A DNA stretch of 63,848 bases, filler included, from Octopus bimaculoides (lineage: Eukaryota), in the NCBI RefSeq assembly GCF_001194135.2. It is 6 parts of 6 records of this genome, joined end to end, with 100 filler letters (N's around TTAATTAATTAA, not from the genome) between each part and the next. Parts side by side here need not be neighbours in the genome. Positions count along the whole stretch, not along the records: positions 1 to 19,724 come from NC_068993.1; positions 19,825 to 23,890 come from NC_069004.1; positions 23,991 to 42,008 come from NC_068986.1; 3 more parts are not named here. One strand, 5' to 3'. The position numbers and the translations under genes are program-made. Under the pieces are notes generated by a model, which searched no databases, was not told the DNA's origin, and saw only the letters and a list, made by a program, of their open reading frames with translations. Positions within the stretch are counted from its first letter, which is position 1, and each line of letters begins with the position of its first letter. Below are positions 13,900-25,699 of the stretch, piece by piece.

Positions 13900-14170
13900 T
13901 CTATTATTTTAACTTCGTCCCACAGGGGGAGGTGGTCTCCATTTTTCCATACATGATCAGTGACCTTAATAATAATAACAATAATAACAACATCGAAAAA
14001 TACCTTCGGAATGAGAACCCAGGTCTGAAATTTCCCCAAGACACCTGATGAAGTCTGGAGGGTATATCAGCTGAAAAGTTGTGTTAACAACAAACAAGAT
14101 GAGGACAAATATCTGTCAATTGTAAATAATGTAAATAAAGTCCATAATTCCTCATTTCTTAAATATAGAA
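13900..14170 (+). mobile_element. Penelope-derived non-autonomous repeat end
   Basis: CCTGATGAAG...GGTATATCAGCTGAAAAGTTGTG resembles the CTGATGA...CGAAAC motif typical of Penelope termini. Confidence 0.45.
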
Positions 14171-15227
14171 CAGTATTCTGGAAAGTTTTACAGATTTTTA
14201 CAGTTCCAGTGATGGATTGGATCTGTAGTCTTTGTATTAACTTTCTCCTTTCTGGTTTTGAGAAGCCTAATTTCTCAAGATTGATATTTAGGCAGTGTGT
14301 TGATTTCGATCTTGGTTCATTTTTGATTTTTGATTTTTGATATATATATATTATGCATGAGTACACAGCTGTTGAGAAAAAGAGTTGCTTAGATCCAAGT
14401 CAATATTGACCAAACAGTCTGTTAAACAAAGGCATTCCAATTGTGACCTTCTCATCTATTTAGTCATATTTAGAACTACATTATCTTGTGTGTCTTTCAC
14501 CTGCTTATTTGAAACAGCTGGGTTTAATTTGAGGGAGATTTAGCTGTTATTTTTAGCAAGCCACCTGACCACTTCAAGGTCTACTCATTGTCTCAGTAAA
14601 ATATATTATGAATCTATTTAAACTTGAATGAGATGCTGTGTGTCTGGCCGGTTGTGTTCAGATAAGGCTTCCTCTCGAAAGATAAGAACTGAATCGCGTT
14701 TATTGCAGTCTGACACTGTCTTATCAGCAAATGCACTGGATTACAACAACAACTGCAATTAAGACAACAATTATACCACAACACTCACTACCACCACCAC
14801 CACCATCACCACCACCGCCGCCGCCGCTGCTGACACCACCACCACCGTTACCATCCACATCTTAAGATGGCAGTCTTTGAGAGTCTAATTCTCTTAGCTT
14901 CTTTGTCTCATTGAAACAGATTCACTTCTTTCACTTGGTTCCTGTTACCTAACCCTTTTTCTGATATTTAAACCCCAAAATGGCAGCAGGATTTTTGGTT
15001 GATAACATAATTAGATCCCCCCTCCACCCACCTCTGAAGTGCCAAGAAGGTAAGGCAGAGAGTGGAATTTATAAAGATGCATGAGATCAATAACGTTTGT
15101 TGCAAAACACGTGCACACACACACACACATTCATGTATGTATATATATATATATATATACATACATCTACACACACATATATTTATATACATACCAACAT
15201 GTTGACAATGAGTTCATTTTATATATA

Positions 15228-15975
15228 GGCACAGGAGTGGCTGTATGGTAAGTAGCTTGCTTACCAGCCACATGGTTCTGGGTTCAGTCCCACTGCATGG
15301 AACTGTGGTCAAGTGTCTTCTACTATAGTCTCAGGCCGACAAAAGCCTTGTGAGTGGATTTGGTAGACGGAAACTGAAAGAAGCCCGTCGTATATATACA
15401 TATATCATCATCATCATCATCATCATCATCGTTTAACGTCCGCTTTCCATGCTAGCATGGGTTGGACGATTTGACTGAGGACTGGTGAAACCGGATGGCA
15501 ACACCAGGCTCCAGTCTGATTTGGCAGAGTTTCTACAGCTGGATGCCCTTCNNNNNNNNNNNNNNNNNNNNNNNNNNNNNNNNNNNNNNNNNNNNNNNNN
15601 NNNNNNNNNNNNNNNNNNNNNNNNNNNNNNNNNNNNNNNNNNNNNNNNNNNNNNNNNNNNNNNNNNNNNNNNNNNNNNNNNNNNNNNNNNNNNNNNNNNN
15701 NNNNNNNNNNNNNNNNNNNNNNNNNNNNNNNNNNNNTATATATATATATATCTATATATATATATATACGACAGGCTTCTTTCAGTTATATATATATTTA
15801 TGTATATGTTTGTGTGTCTTTGTTTCTCCCCCCACCATTGCTTGACAACTGATGCTAGTGTAATTTAGCAGTTCGGCAAAAGGGGCTGATAGAATAAGTA
15901 CTGGGGTCGATTTGTTCAACTAAAGGCAGTGCTCTAGCATGGCCGCAGTCAAATGACTGAAACGAATAAAAGAAT
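15228..15975 (+). mobile_element. SINE family B (tRNA head, internal microsatellite), interrupted by RTE 3' end and a gap
   Basis: GGCACAGGAGTGGCTGTATGGTAAG...GGGTTCAGTCCCACTG head; 3' half ends CAGTCAAATGACTGAAAC...AAAAGAATAAAA. Confidence 0.85.
15406..15551 (-). mobile_element. Young RTE LINE 3' end
   Basis: Near-identical to 41723-42008; ends GGACGTTAAAC(GAT)n on minus; abuts an N gap. Confidence 0.85.
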
Positions 15976-16967
15976 AAAACAAATCTTTCAATAACTAAAT
16001 ATATAAATAACTAAGAGAAAAAAAGAAAATGTAAGTTTTATAATTTGAAGTGAAATTTATCTGAAGAATTTCAATATAGCAAATGCAATGGATTGCAACT
16101 TAATTCCTCTCCTTAAAATTTTAGGCCTTGTGCTTATAATAAAAACAATTATTAGTCAACTTGTTAACTATCTAGCAAATTAACTGATCAGTCTTTTGAT
16201 TAATCGTTTGGTCAATCAATCATCAATCACCTAGGATCATCAGAGTGTATCAATCACCATTCACAAGCTCATAAATAAACCCTTAACCACTCACATCTTT
16301 CACAGAAACTGGATGACAGATAGACAGACAAACAGAACTGAAATAGACAGAGATGTCAATGCGGAGGCTATGAATGGCATCTAAAAGACAAACATCGCTG
16401 ATTGATTGATTATATGAACAATTAATCAAACAATCTACAAGTAAAGTGATTAAATGATTTACTAGTTGACTAATGATAATAAAAGAAGTGAAACAGAACT
16501 GGTGTGTGTGTGTTTATTATTAGCATAATGACCCTACCAAGATACAGTAAAATGTCATTCAACACATGATTTTACACCAATTATCTTGTTTCCACTTCGT
16601 GTCTTTTAGAGTGGAGACCATTTATGTTTGTGCTAATGCTATGGTTTAACCTCATATTGGTCCTCAACCAACAAATTTATTTCAGCCAAGACAATCCTGT
16701 CTTTTATTCAAGCATGGTTTGCTATATATGAAGAGTAATGGTTGCTAATTGGAAGGAACCTGCAGAATGGAAAGACATAGGAAGAAGTGGAGGTGATTTC
16801 AGGAAGCTGAACTACAAGGTGACAAAGGAGCACAACAGGTGGTCCCTTCAATGACAAAGGAGCACAAAAGGTTGTCCCTTCACTGACAGAAGAACACTTG
16901 GTGTACTGAAGAAGATCTGCCCTACCGATGAAAGCTTGGCATAATAGATCTAAAAATCATGAAAGCA

Positions 16968-17135
16968 CACAATACACCTTGTAAAGTGGTTGGCATTAGG
17001 AAGGGCATCCAGCTGTAGAAACCTTGCCAAAACAAACAATTGGACCCTAGTGCAGCTCATTGGCTTGCCAGATCCTGTCAAAGCATCCAACCCATGCCAG
17101 CTTGACAAACAGACATCAAATGATAATGATGATGA
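16968..17135 (+). mobile_element. Old RTE LINE 3' UTR remnant
   Basis: GTGGTTGGCATTAGGAAGGGCATCCAGCTGTAGAAAC...CAAATGATAATGATGATG. Confidence 0.75.
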
Positions 17136-20039
17136 CATGAATATATTTGTCTTTCTGTCTCTTTAACTTGGTCAGAGCAAAGCAAAGAGGTTTTCCACAA
17201 GCTAGAGATAGATATAGGTTGAATTGACAAAATGTGAAGGTCTGAAAGGGTAAAAGACAGAGAGACTTGGTGCTGAGTGGGAAATAGAGAAAACAGAAGA
17301 GAAAAAGAGAAGAAGAATAATGGTANNNNNNNNNNNNNNNNNNNNNNNNNNNNNNNNNNNNNNNNNNNNNNNNNNNNNNNNNNNNNNNNNNNNNNNNNNN
17401 NNNNNNNNNNNNNNNNNNNNNNNNNNNNNNNNNNNNNNNNNNNNNNNNNNNNNNNNNNNNNNNNNNNNNNNNNNNNNNNNNNNNNNNNNNNNNNNNNNNN
17501 NNNNNNNNNNNNNNNNNNNNNNNNNNNNNNNNNNNNNNNNNNNNNNNNNNNNNNNNNNNNNNNNNNNNNNNNNNNNNNNNNNNNNNNNNNNNNNNNNNNN
17601 NNNNNNNNNNNNNNNNNNNNNNNNNNNNNNNNNNNNNNNNNNNNNNNNNNNNNNNNNNNNNNNNNNNNNNNNNNNNNNNNNNNNNNNNNNNNNNNNNNNN
17701 NNNNNNNNNNNNNNNNNNNNNNNNNNNNNNNNNNNNNNNNNNNNNNNNNNNNNNNNNNNNNNNNNNNNNNNNNNNNNNNNNNNNNNNNNNNNNNNNNNNN
17801 NNNNNNNNNNNNNNNNNNNNNNNNNNNNNNNNNNNNNNNNNNNNNNNNNNNNNNNNNNNNNNNNNNNNNNNNNNNNNNNNNNNNNNNNNNNNNNNNNNNN
17901 NNNNNNNNNNNNNNNNNNNNNNNNNNNNNNNNNNNNNNNNNNNNNNNNNNNNNNNNNNNNNNNNNNNNNNNNNNNNNNNNNNNNNNNNNNNNNNNNNNNN
18001 NNNNNNNNNNNNNNNNNNNNNNNNNNNNNNNNNNNNNNNNNNNNNNNNNNNNNNNNNNNNNNNNNNNNNNNNNNNNNNNNNNNNNNNNNNNNNNNNNNNN
18101 NNNNNNNNNNNNNNNNNNNNNNNNNNNNNNNNNNNNNNNNNNNNNNNNNNNNNNNNNNNNNNNNNNNNNNNNNNNNNNNNNNNNNNNNNNNNNNNNNNNN
18201 NNNNNNNNNNNNNNNNNNNNNNNNNNNNNNNNNNNCTGTAAAGTGGTTGGTGTTAGGAATTGGAGTAAACTGTAGTAAAAATCATGCCATCAGAGAAAAC
18301 ATATTTAACCAATATTATCTGTGTGTGTGTGTGTGTGTGTGTGATATGTACCTCCAGCCATAGTATTTATGTTTATGTTGTTGTTGTTGACTGACCCCAT
18401 TTCTGCTCTCATCAAGCAGATCCCTGAGGAAAGGTGGTTGAGAAGAATTCATCCCTTGTTTAATAAATTTTTCAGGTGTAATACTTCCAGACTTATGTGT
18501 TCAATGTGTTCCTGAGAGGGATTTGACTGCTATTTCTAGCAGATCATGTGACGACATAGAAGTTTATTCACACACACACACACACACACACATATTAATG
18601 TTTATTTTTATGTTGAGATATAATAAAAACAATTTTCATGAGACTGAAAAATTACTCCATACTATTCAAAGAATACACATTCATTATTCCTTTAGTCATG
18701 TTGATAGTGACTTCAAAGTTTCAGCTTTGTATGCTTTCATGAGATTTTGTGAAACATTTGGGTTCATCTTGGCATTATAATTTCTCTTGTAAGTTTAATT
18801 TTTCTGGGATAGGTGGAGCTCTTTTCAATAATAATTAGGTCAGAGTCTAGGTTATGATGGAATGATTTTTATTGATTGACTTTAGAGTTGTGTTATTTTT
18901 CAGAATTCAGTCATCTATGTTGAACTCTTTAATCAGGTGTCTCTATTTAGGTGTATCACCTTCAAGTCTTTGGGTTGTTTTTTAGGATATACAAAAGAAT
19001 GTAGATAGTGAAGTGATTAGTTGTTCAACAGAAGTGTAGCTAGCTTTAGTTATTGATGATTCTGTTTAGACACTAACTGGAGATTTAGTCTGTTTGTTTT
19101 GGGGGTGTTGAGACTATAGTTTAGAGTTTATTCCAGAATGTAAAACTTCATAATTAAGTATTTAGGTGTGTCAGCTTTTGGTTATGCAGTTTTTAAGGTG
19201 TCACAAAAGAATGTAATTAGGTAGAAAGGTCAGTTGTCAGCAGACTTTTTTGCTGGTTGCTAGTTTTTTTAAGATATTTAACCAGTTAAGATATTTAATG
19301 CACATGAAGAAAATGTACTTTGCTAACATTGAAAAATGATGAAGTTTTTGGTTTATGTTCCAGTGACCCCATTATTTCCCAGTCATTATACATGCTATTG
19401 AGGTGCTTCTTATTGTACAGCATGTTTCATATGTGTGTGTGTGTGTACATATATATATATATATATATATCAGTGGCGTGCGGTGACTTCCAAGGTTGGG
19501 CATGCAATGAATTTCTCCCCCGCCCCCCCCACTGGCAATTTTTCAGTAAAAGAATTTTCGTATTCCTATGATTTATATATGGGAGATTCTGAATATGCAA
19601 TCACCCCCGTATGATCTAGAATAAGCAGGGAATAAAAAATGGCTCTGTAGAGATGAGCCTGAAATAAGTGTATTGTTTGAATCTTTCTCTCTCTTCGAAA
19701 CGTCAGTACTTTCCCATCCTCACTNNNNNNNNNNNNNNNNNNNNNNNNNNNNNNNNNNNNNNNNNNNNTTAATTAATTAANNNNNNNNNNNNNNNNNNNN
19801 NNNNNNNNNNNNNNNNNNNNNNNNTAATCCAGCCAAATAAGTTCTGCCCACTTCCATTTCATGCTTAGATGGTCATGGACTAAATTTGGCATCAGCCTTC
19901 GCCGTCCGAACATTAAAACAAAAGCTGTCTTGAATTCCATGTCAGAATCATTGAGAGAGAGAGGAGGGAGAGAGAGAGGGGGGAGGGAGAGGGGGAGAGG
20001 GGGGAGAGTCTGCTCTATTGTCTTACACTATGATCGTTG

Positions 20040-20212
20040 TACTCCTTCGTACTCTTTCTCCTCACCTCTCACTCTGTAGGTGCGTTTCTTTGTGTGACTG
20101 CCCCCACCCCCTTCGATCTACTACTACTAGCACTACCACCACCACCACTACTTAATGCAAATATATATATTAATGTACTGACAGACAGACAGACAAATGA
20201 ATAGAGGGAGAA

Positions 20213-20250
<38 letters not shown>

Positions 20251-20720
20251 CCTGACAAAGAGCGAATGAGATGATGACAGAAAATGGAGGCGACGGGAGA
20301 GAAGAGACGGCTTTCATCGGTTTCCACGACGACTCTCCGCACTCAATATCACCGCCACCGCTACCACCGTCATCACAACACAACAACTACCACCACCGTC
20401 GCCACCCTTACCTCCCTTCCCTCTCCCATTTCCGCTATTCTCAACCGTTACTGAAAATTTTCTCGGATCTTCCCCCTAATAGAGTGACACCCTCAATTAA
20501 GAACCAAACTCCAGTCTCCTTCAACTCCATTTGCCAGTGGTCGCCTCCAGCGACGCCACTCTGTCGCCATATGTCACATTTTGGCCGATGTCTGCTGCCA
20601 ATGATTGATAAACTGTAACCGTGACGCCGCGGTTTCATTCTCAATACACGACATCCACAAATGCTTATCCGAAAGCATGATGGGGTTTTTACAACCGAAC
20701 GAACATTTCACTCTCTTTCC
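20040..20720. promoter_or_regulatory. CpG-rich island-like segment flanked by GA/CT tracts
   Basis: CpG density is visibly far above the flanking 8-19.9 kb region; (GA)n at 19950-20007 and 20210-20250; (CT)n at 20840-20898. Confidence 0.5.
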
Positions 20721-20837
20721 CTTCCCTCTTTCATTTTGTTATTCCCTTTTTTCCTCTTTCACTTTCTCACCTCCTCCCTCTCTCTCTCTCATGTTTCTTC
20801 CTTTTCAAACTTTCGGGGTACCTAATCTCTCCACCAC

Positions 20838-20933
<96 letters not shown>

Positions 20934-21048
20934 TNNNNNNNNNNATATACAGATATAGGGCAGAGAATCGTCAATTAATAATAAAATTAATAATTAACAA
21001 TTTTGCCAAGTAGTTCAGTATGAAAAAACCTTTATCGGTAAAACCATT

Positions 21049-21559
21049 TATAATCATAAATATACAGGGATTAGCATGAGTTGCTTCTCCAACATACTGA
21101 AAATTTAGAAATAGTAGTCAAAGAACTACTGATTCCAAACTACAAATTTTTTTCTCTAACGGATGGCGATATTTATGGCACACACAGAACAAAAACAGAA
21201 GAGAAAAGCAAAAACAAACCTGCCTTTAGTTAATTGAGTACGACGTTTCACGGTTAAGAGTATGAAGGTACTCTATTCCGATCTTCAGCCCAATATTCGA
21301 ATAAATTTGAAAGTGTCTATATAACTCATGGGAATTTTGACCATGCGACATCAAAAGCACATGAGGAAGGCACTTACAAAATTGATCGGCTAGTACGTTC
21401 AAACATTTCACTCCAAAGAATCTATCCCATGTGCGCTACAAATATCGCCATCCGTTCGAGAAAAAAATTTGTAGTTTGGAATCAGTAGTTCTTTGACTGC
21501 TATTTCTAAATTTTCAGTATGTTGGAGAAGCAACTCATGCTAATCCCTGTATATTTATG

Positions 21560-21565
<6 letters not shown>
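21049..21565. mobile_element. MITE with 126-bp terminal inverted repeats
   Basis: 21049-21174 is the reverse complement of 21440-21565 with 2 mismatches by my alignment; non-coding interior. Confidence 0.9.
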
Positions 21566-21607
<42 letters not shown>

Positions 21608-21906
21608 CACACACACACACATGGTGCGGCAGAAAGGCCGCCCCGATTTCAAAGATTAATAAATGACAAACACATGAAGGGGCATGAAAAAACTTCGAAT
21701 TTCTATGAAGTTCATTAAATGCCATTTTTTTTTCTGTTTTGGGCCTGGTGTGGAGAGCAGCGTGCATTTGTTGTTGAAGAGTTTTCTTTTGTATCTTCAT
21801 GTTTGAGCGCGCGTGAATGTATGCGTGTGTGTGTATTTTCATATGTATATGCGTGCGTGTGTGTGTGTGTGTGTGTATCTGTGTATGTGTGTGTCTACAT
21901 GTATGT

Positions 21907-21937
<31 letters not shown>

Positions 21938-22309
21938 CATTTTGCAGTTTTCTGAGTGAACACGTGTTCGCTGAACTGACACCCCCCACACACATTCTTC
22001 TTATGCAGAGTCACCGGTATGTTCACAAGCTCATCGCATACTACTAATGTGCATTTCATGTACACATGTAGACTCACTTCTATGAACATATTACATGTAG
22101 ATGCAGACTCACTTGCATGAAGATGCGTGCTCGCGCGACCGCACGCACGGTCGTACTTATTACAAGTAGTTAATTGAAATATGTAGTTATCTGCATGTTC
22201 GAATGAATAATTTGTGATCTACGTATTCATTTACTCTTTGCCTTGGGTTGATGACACCGCAAATAATGTATATTGACAATGAATTTAAAATAACAATGAT
22301 AATAATAAA

Positions 22310-22409
22310 AATAACAATAATAATAATGAAGTTAATGAAGAGGATGATGATGATGATGATGGTAATAATAATAATAATGATAATGATGATGATGATGATG
22401 ATGATGATG

Positions 22410-22464
<55 letters not shown>

Positions 22465-22570
22465 GANNNNNNNNNNAAGAAGAAGAAGAAGAAGAAGAAG
22501 AAGAAGAAGAAGAAGAAGAAGAAGAAGAAGAAGAAGAAGAAGAAGAAGAACAACAACAACAACAACAACA
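22310..22570. repeat. Compound trinucleotide array (ATA/GAT/TAA/GAA/CAA)n
   Basis: Read directly; contains a 10-N gap. Confidence 0.95.
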
Positions 22571-22944
22571 AAACGTTTAGCAAGAGAAACGCTTTGAAAA
22601 TATCCAATCGCATGGATGCTAGTTCTGGTAATTAGGTTAATTACGTTAATCAGTTGTTGCGAACATTGTATCCATGGACCTGTGGTGTGTTTAATTGAAT
22701 AGTTGTAAATGTAATTACTAAATTATGTAGATTTTTCATTAAAAGATGAAACTGGGAAAAGAAATTTGTTGTTTGGGTTAATTGAGGAGAGAGACCGGGT
22801 GTTTTGTGGAAGAAAAAGTGATTTTTGTAAAGTGTTGGTGGTGAAGAAAACTTTGGGAACCACGGCAGAGGAAGTTCCGTTGTTTTGCGTCGCCAGTCAA
22901 TAGATGACGAAGGTGATCGTCTCATTTATTGCTTCCTCGAACTG

Positions 22945-22968
22945 ATGGATCATTGGAAGATCAGGCTT
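22945..22968 (+). CDS. Host gene exon 1 (MDHWKIRL); the frame is open upstream to 22831
   Basis: ATG at 22945 and CTT/GTATGC donor, phase 0. CpG-rich context with an ETS-like GGAAGT at 22870. Confidence 0.55.
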
Positions 22969-22971
22969 GTA

Positions 22972-23004
<33 letters not shown>

Positions 23005-23832
23005 ATGCGTTTGTGTAATATATCTACTATACAAATGATAATGTATGTGTGTATGTGAATGTCACGAAAAGGTTCCGGAACGGTGAGTCCTAGACAAAAA
23101 AAACGATTTATAGATAGTATTTATGGAATTTTGAGTTACTGTCAGGTGACTTCTGACCAGCCCTGCATNNNNNNNNNNNNNNNNNNNNNNNNNNNNNNNN
23201 NNNNNNNNNNNNNNNNNNNNNNNNNNNNNNNNNNNNNNNNNNNNNNNNNNNNNNNNNNNNNNNNNNNNNNNNNNNNNNNNNNNNNNNNNNNNNNNNNNNN
23301 NNNNNNNNNNNNNNNNNNNNNNNNNNNNNNNNNNNNNNNNNNNNNNNNNNNNNNNNNNNNNNNNNNNNATATATATTCATCTATGTATGTGTGTGTGTGT
23401 GCATGCAGTGCTATGTTCAGCTTTTTGAAACTCTAGGCAAGTCATTAAACACAAACACAACGAAAATAACGACTCCTCCACCACCACCACCACCGACAAT
23501 AATAATAATAAGAAGAAGAGATGAACCAACGAGGTGGTCTATAAACGGTTACCCAAACGGATAGAAAGAGCAGTCGTGTCTTCTACGAATCACGTCCAAC
23601 AATCTTAACGGCTTTCTTCATAAATGTGTTGACCTGAGTTAAACAAGAACAGAAATACCGGAAGAGTGAAACGAACAACAACAACAACAAATACTATAAT
23701 GCCACCACCACCACAACAACAATGACAACAACAATGACAACATTATCACCAATAACACAAGAACATTATCATTTGTAATGACAGCAGCGGCATCAAGATG
23801 ATTTAGTGTTGTTGCAGTAGAGCATGTCACAC

Positions 23833-23890
<58 letters not shown>

Positions 23891-23990
23891 NNNNNNNNNN
23901 NNNNNNNNNNNNNNNNNNNNNNNNNNNNNNNNNNTTAATTAATTAANNNNNNNNNNNNNNNNNNNNNNNNNNNNNNNNNNNNNNNNNNNN

Positions 23991-24233
23991 TTGTGCGGGT
24001 GGCACATAAAAGACACCATTTCGAGCGTGGCCGTTTTCGTGCGGGTGACACGTAAAAGCACCCACTACACTCTCTGAGTGGTTGGCGTTAGGAAGGGCAT
24101 CCAGCTGTAGAAACTCTGCCAAATTAGATTGGAGCCTGGTGTTGCCATCCGGTTTCACCAGTCCTCAGTCAAATCGTCCAATCCATGCTAGCATGGAAAG
24201 CGGACGTTAAACGATGATGATGATGATGATGAT
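23991..24233 (+). mobile_element. Young RTE LINE 3' end
   Basis: Reverse-complement near-identity to 41723-42008; (GAT)n tail then ATAT; follows an N gap. Confidence 0.85.
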
Positions 24234-24370
24234 ATATATCAAAAGGATGTGTTATAATACTATTCCACAGCCATACCAACAAACCAACAAACCTCCATCA
24301 TCAGCTGCCCCACAGATATCGTTATGGTTTTGACACCTGAGCAGATAGAAACACACACATATATATATAT

Positions 24371-25672
24371 CATCATCATCATCATCATTTAGCATCTACT
24401 TTCCATGCTGGCACAGTTTAGATGGTTTGACTGGATTTGATAAGCTGGAGAGCTGCACCCAGTTCCAGTCTGATTTGGCATGGTTTCCTAATGCTAGCCA
24501 CTCCAAGAGTGTAATGGATGTTTTTTACATGCCACCAGCACAGGTACTTCTATGTGCCACTGACACAAGTGCTGGTTATGTGATACTGCACTGGCCACGA
24601 CTACAATTTCATTTGGCTTGATGAGTCTTCTCAAGCTCAGCATATCACCAAAGGTCTCAGTCACTTGTCATTGCCTCCATGAGGCCTAACATTAAATAAA
24701 AATCATGTTTCACCACCTCATCCCATGTCTTCCTGTGTCTACCTCTTCCTCAGTTTCCCTCCACAGTTAGAGATTGGCACTTCTTTCCACAACTATCTTT
24801 GTCCATGCTCATCACATGACCATATCAACACAGTTGCCTCTCTTGCACACCACATCGGATGCTTCTTATGCCCAACTTTTCTCTCAAGATGTTTACACTC
24901 TGTCATACATGCACACTGATATTGCACATCCAGCGAATTGTACTAGTTTCATTTCTTTCAAACCTACACATGCCCTCAGCAGTTACAGCCCATGTTTCAC
25001 TACCATATAGCATGACTGTTTGCACACAGATATCATACAATCTATCTTTTACTCTGAGGGAGAGGTTCTTAATTACCAACAAAGGTAAAAGCTCTCTAAA
25101 CTTTGCCCTGCCTATTCTTATTCTAGCAGCTATGCTCTCAGAGCATCTACCTCCACTGTTAACTAGGTCACGTAGGTAGTGGAAGCTATCAACTACTTCT
25201 AGGTATTCCCTCTGGCATTTGATGGAGTCTATTTTCTGCATATTTCCAGTATTTATTGTACATGTACATCTGTCACACACACAGACTATATTCTCTGTTA
25301 ACCTCCCTCTGATATTGCTGTACCTCTTATGTACATAGCTTGCACTGGGTACATCTTATGAAGTTTCTACCTACGTCTTTTCTACATATCAAGCAGGGCC
25401 ATTTACCTGAGGGATTTGTGATTTGTCCATTTTCCTACTTACAAAAGGCCTTTTGCTAAGGCCCTTTGATTCTAGACCTTGCTTCAACACCTGAAATTCT
25501 TTCTCTAGTTCTGATAGTGATTCAGCTATAAGTACAAGGTCATCAGCATAGAGTAACTCCCAGGGGCAGCCTGACTTAAATTCCTCTGTTATTGCCTGGA
25601 GGACTATGATGAATAAGAGGGGGCTGAAGACTGATCCTTTGTGAACCTCTACTTGTACCCTGAATTCATTGC
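24371..25672 (-). mobile_element. 5'-truncated RTE LINE (RT C-half plus 3' UTR)
   Basis: VHKGSVFSPLLF, LYADDLVL, EVVDSFHYL, MLYGSETW and GRGRHRKTWDEVVK, then a 3' UTR and (GAT)n tail; TA runs on both flanks. Confidence 0.95.
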
Positions 25673-25699
25673 TATATATATAAATATATATGTATATAT

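Noticed and set aside
20441-20644. Minus ORF RHRPKCDIWRQSGVAGGDHWQMELKETGVWFLIEG
   Set aside because: It stops before the strong donor at 20412 and has no recognisable homology; explained by GC-rich promoter-like composition.
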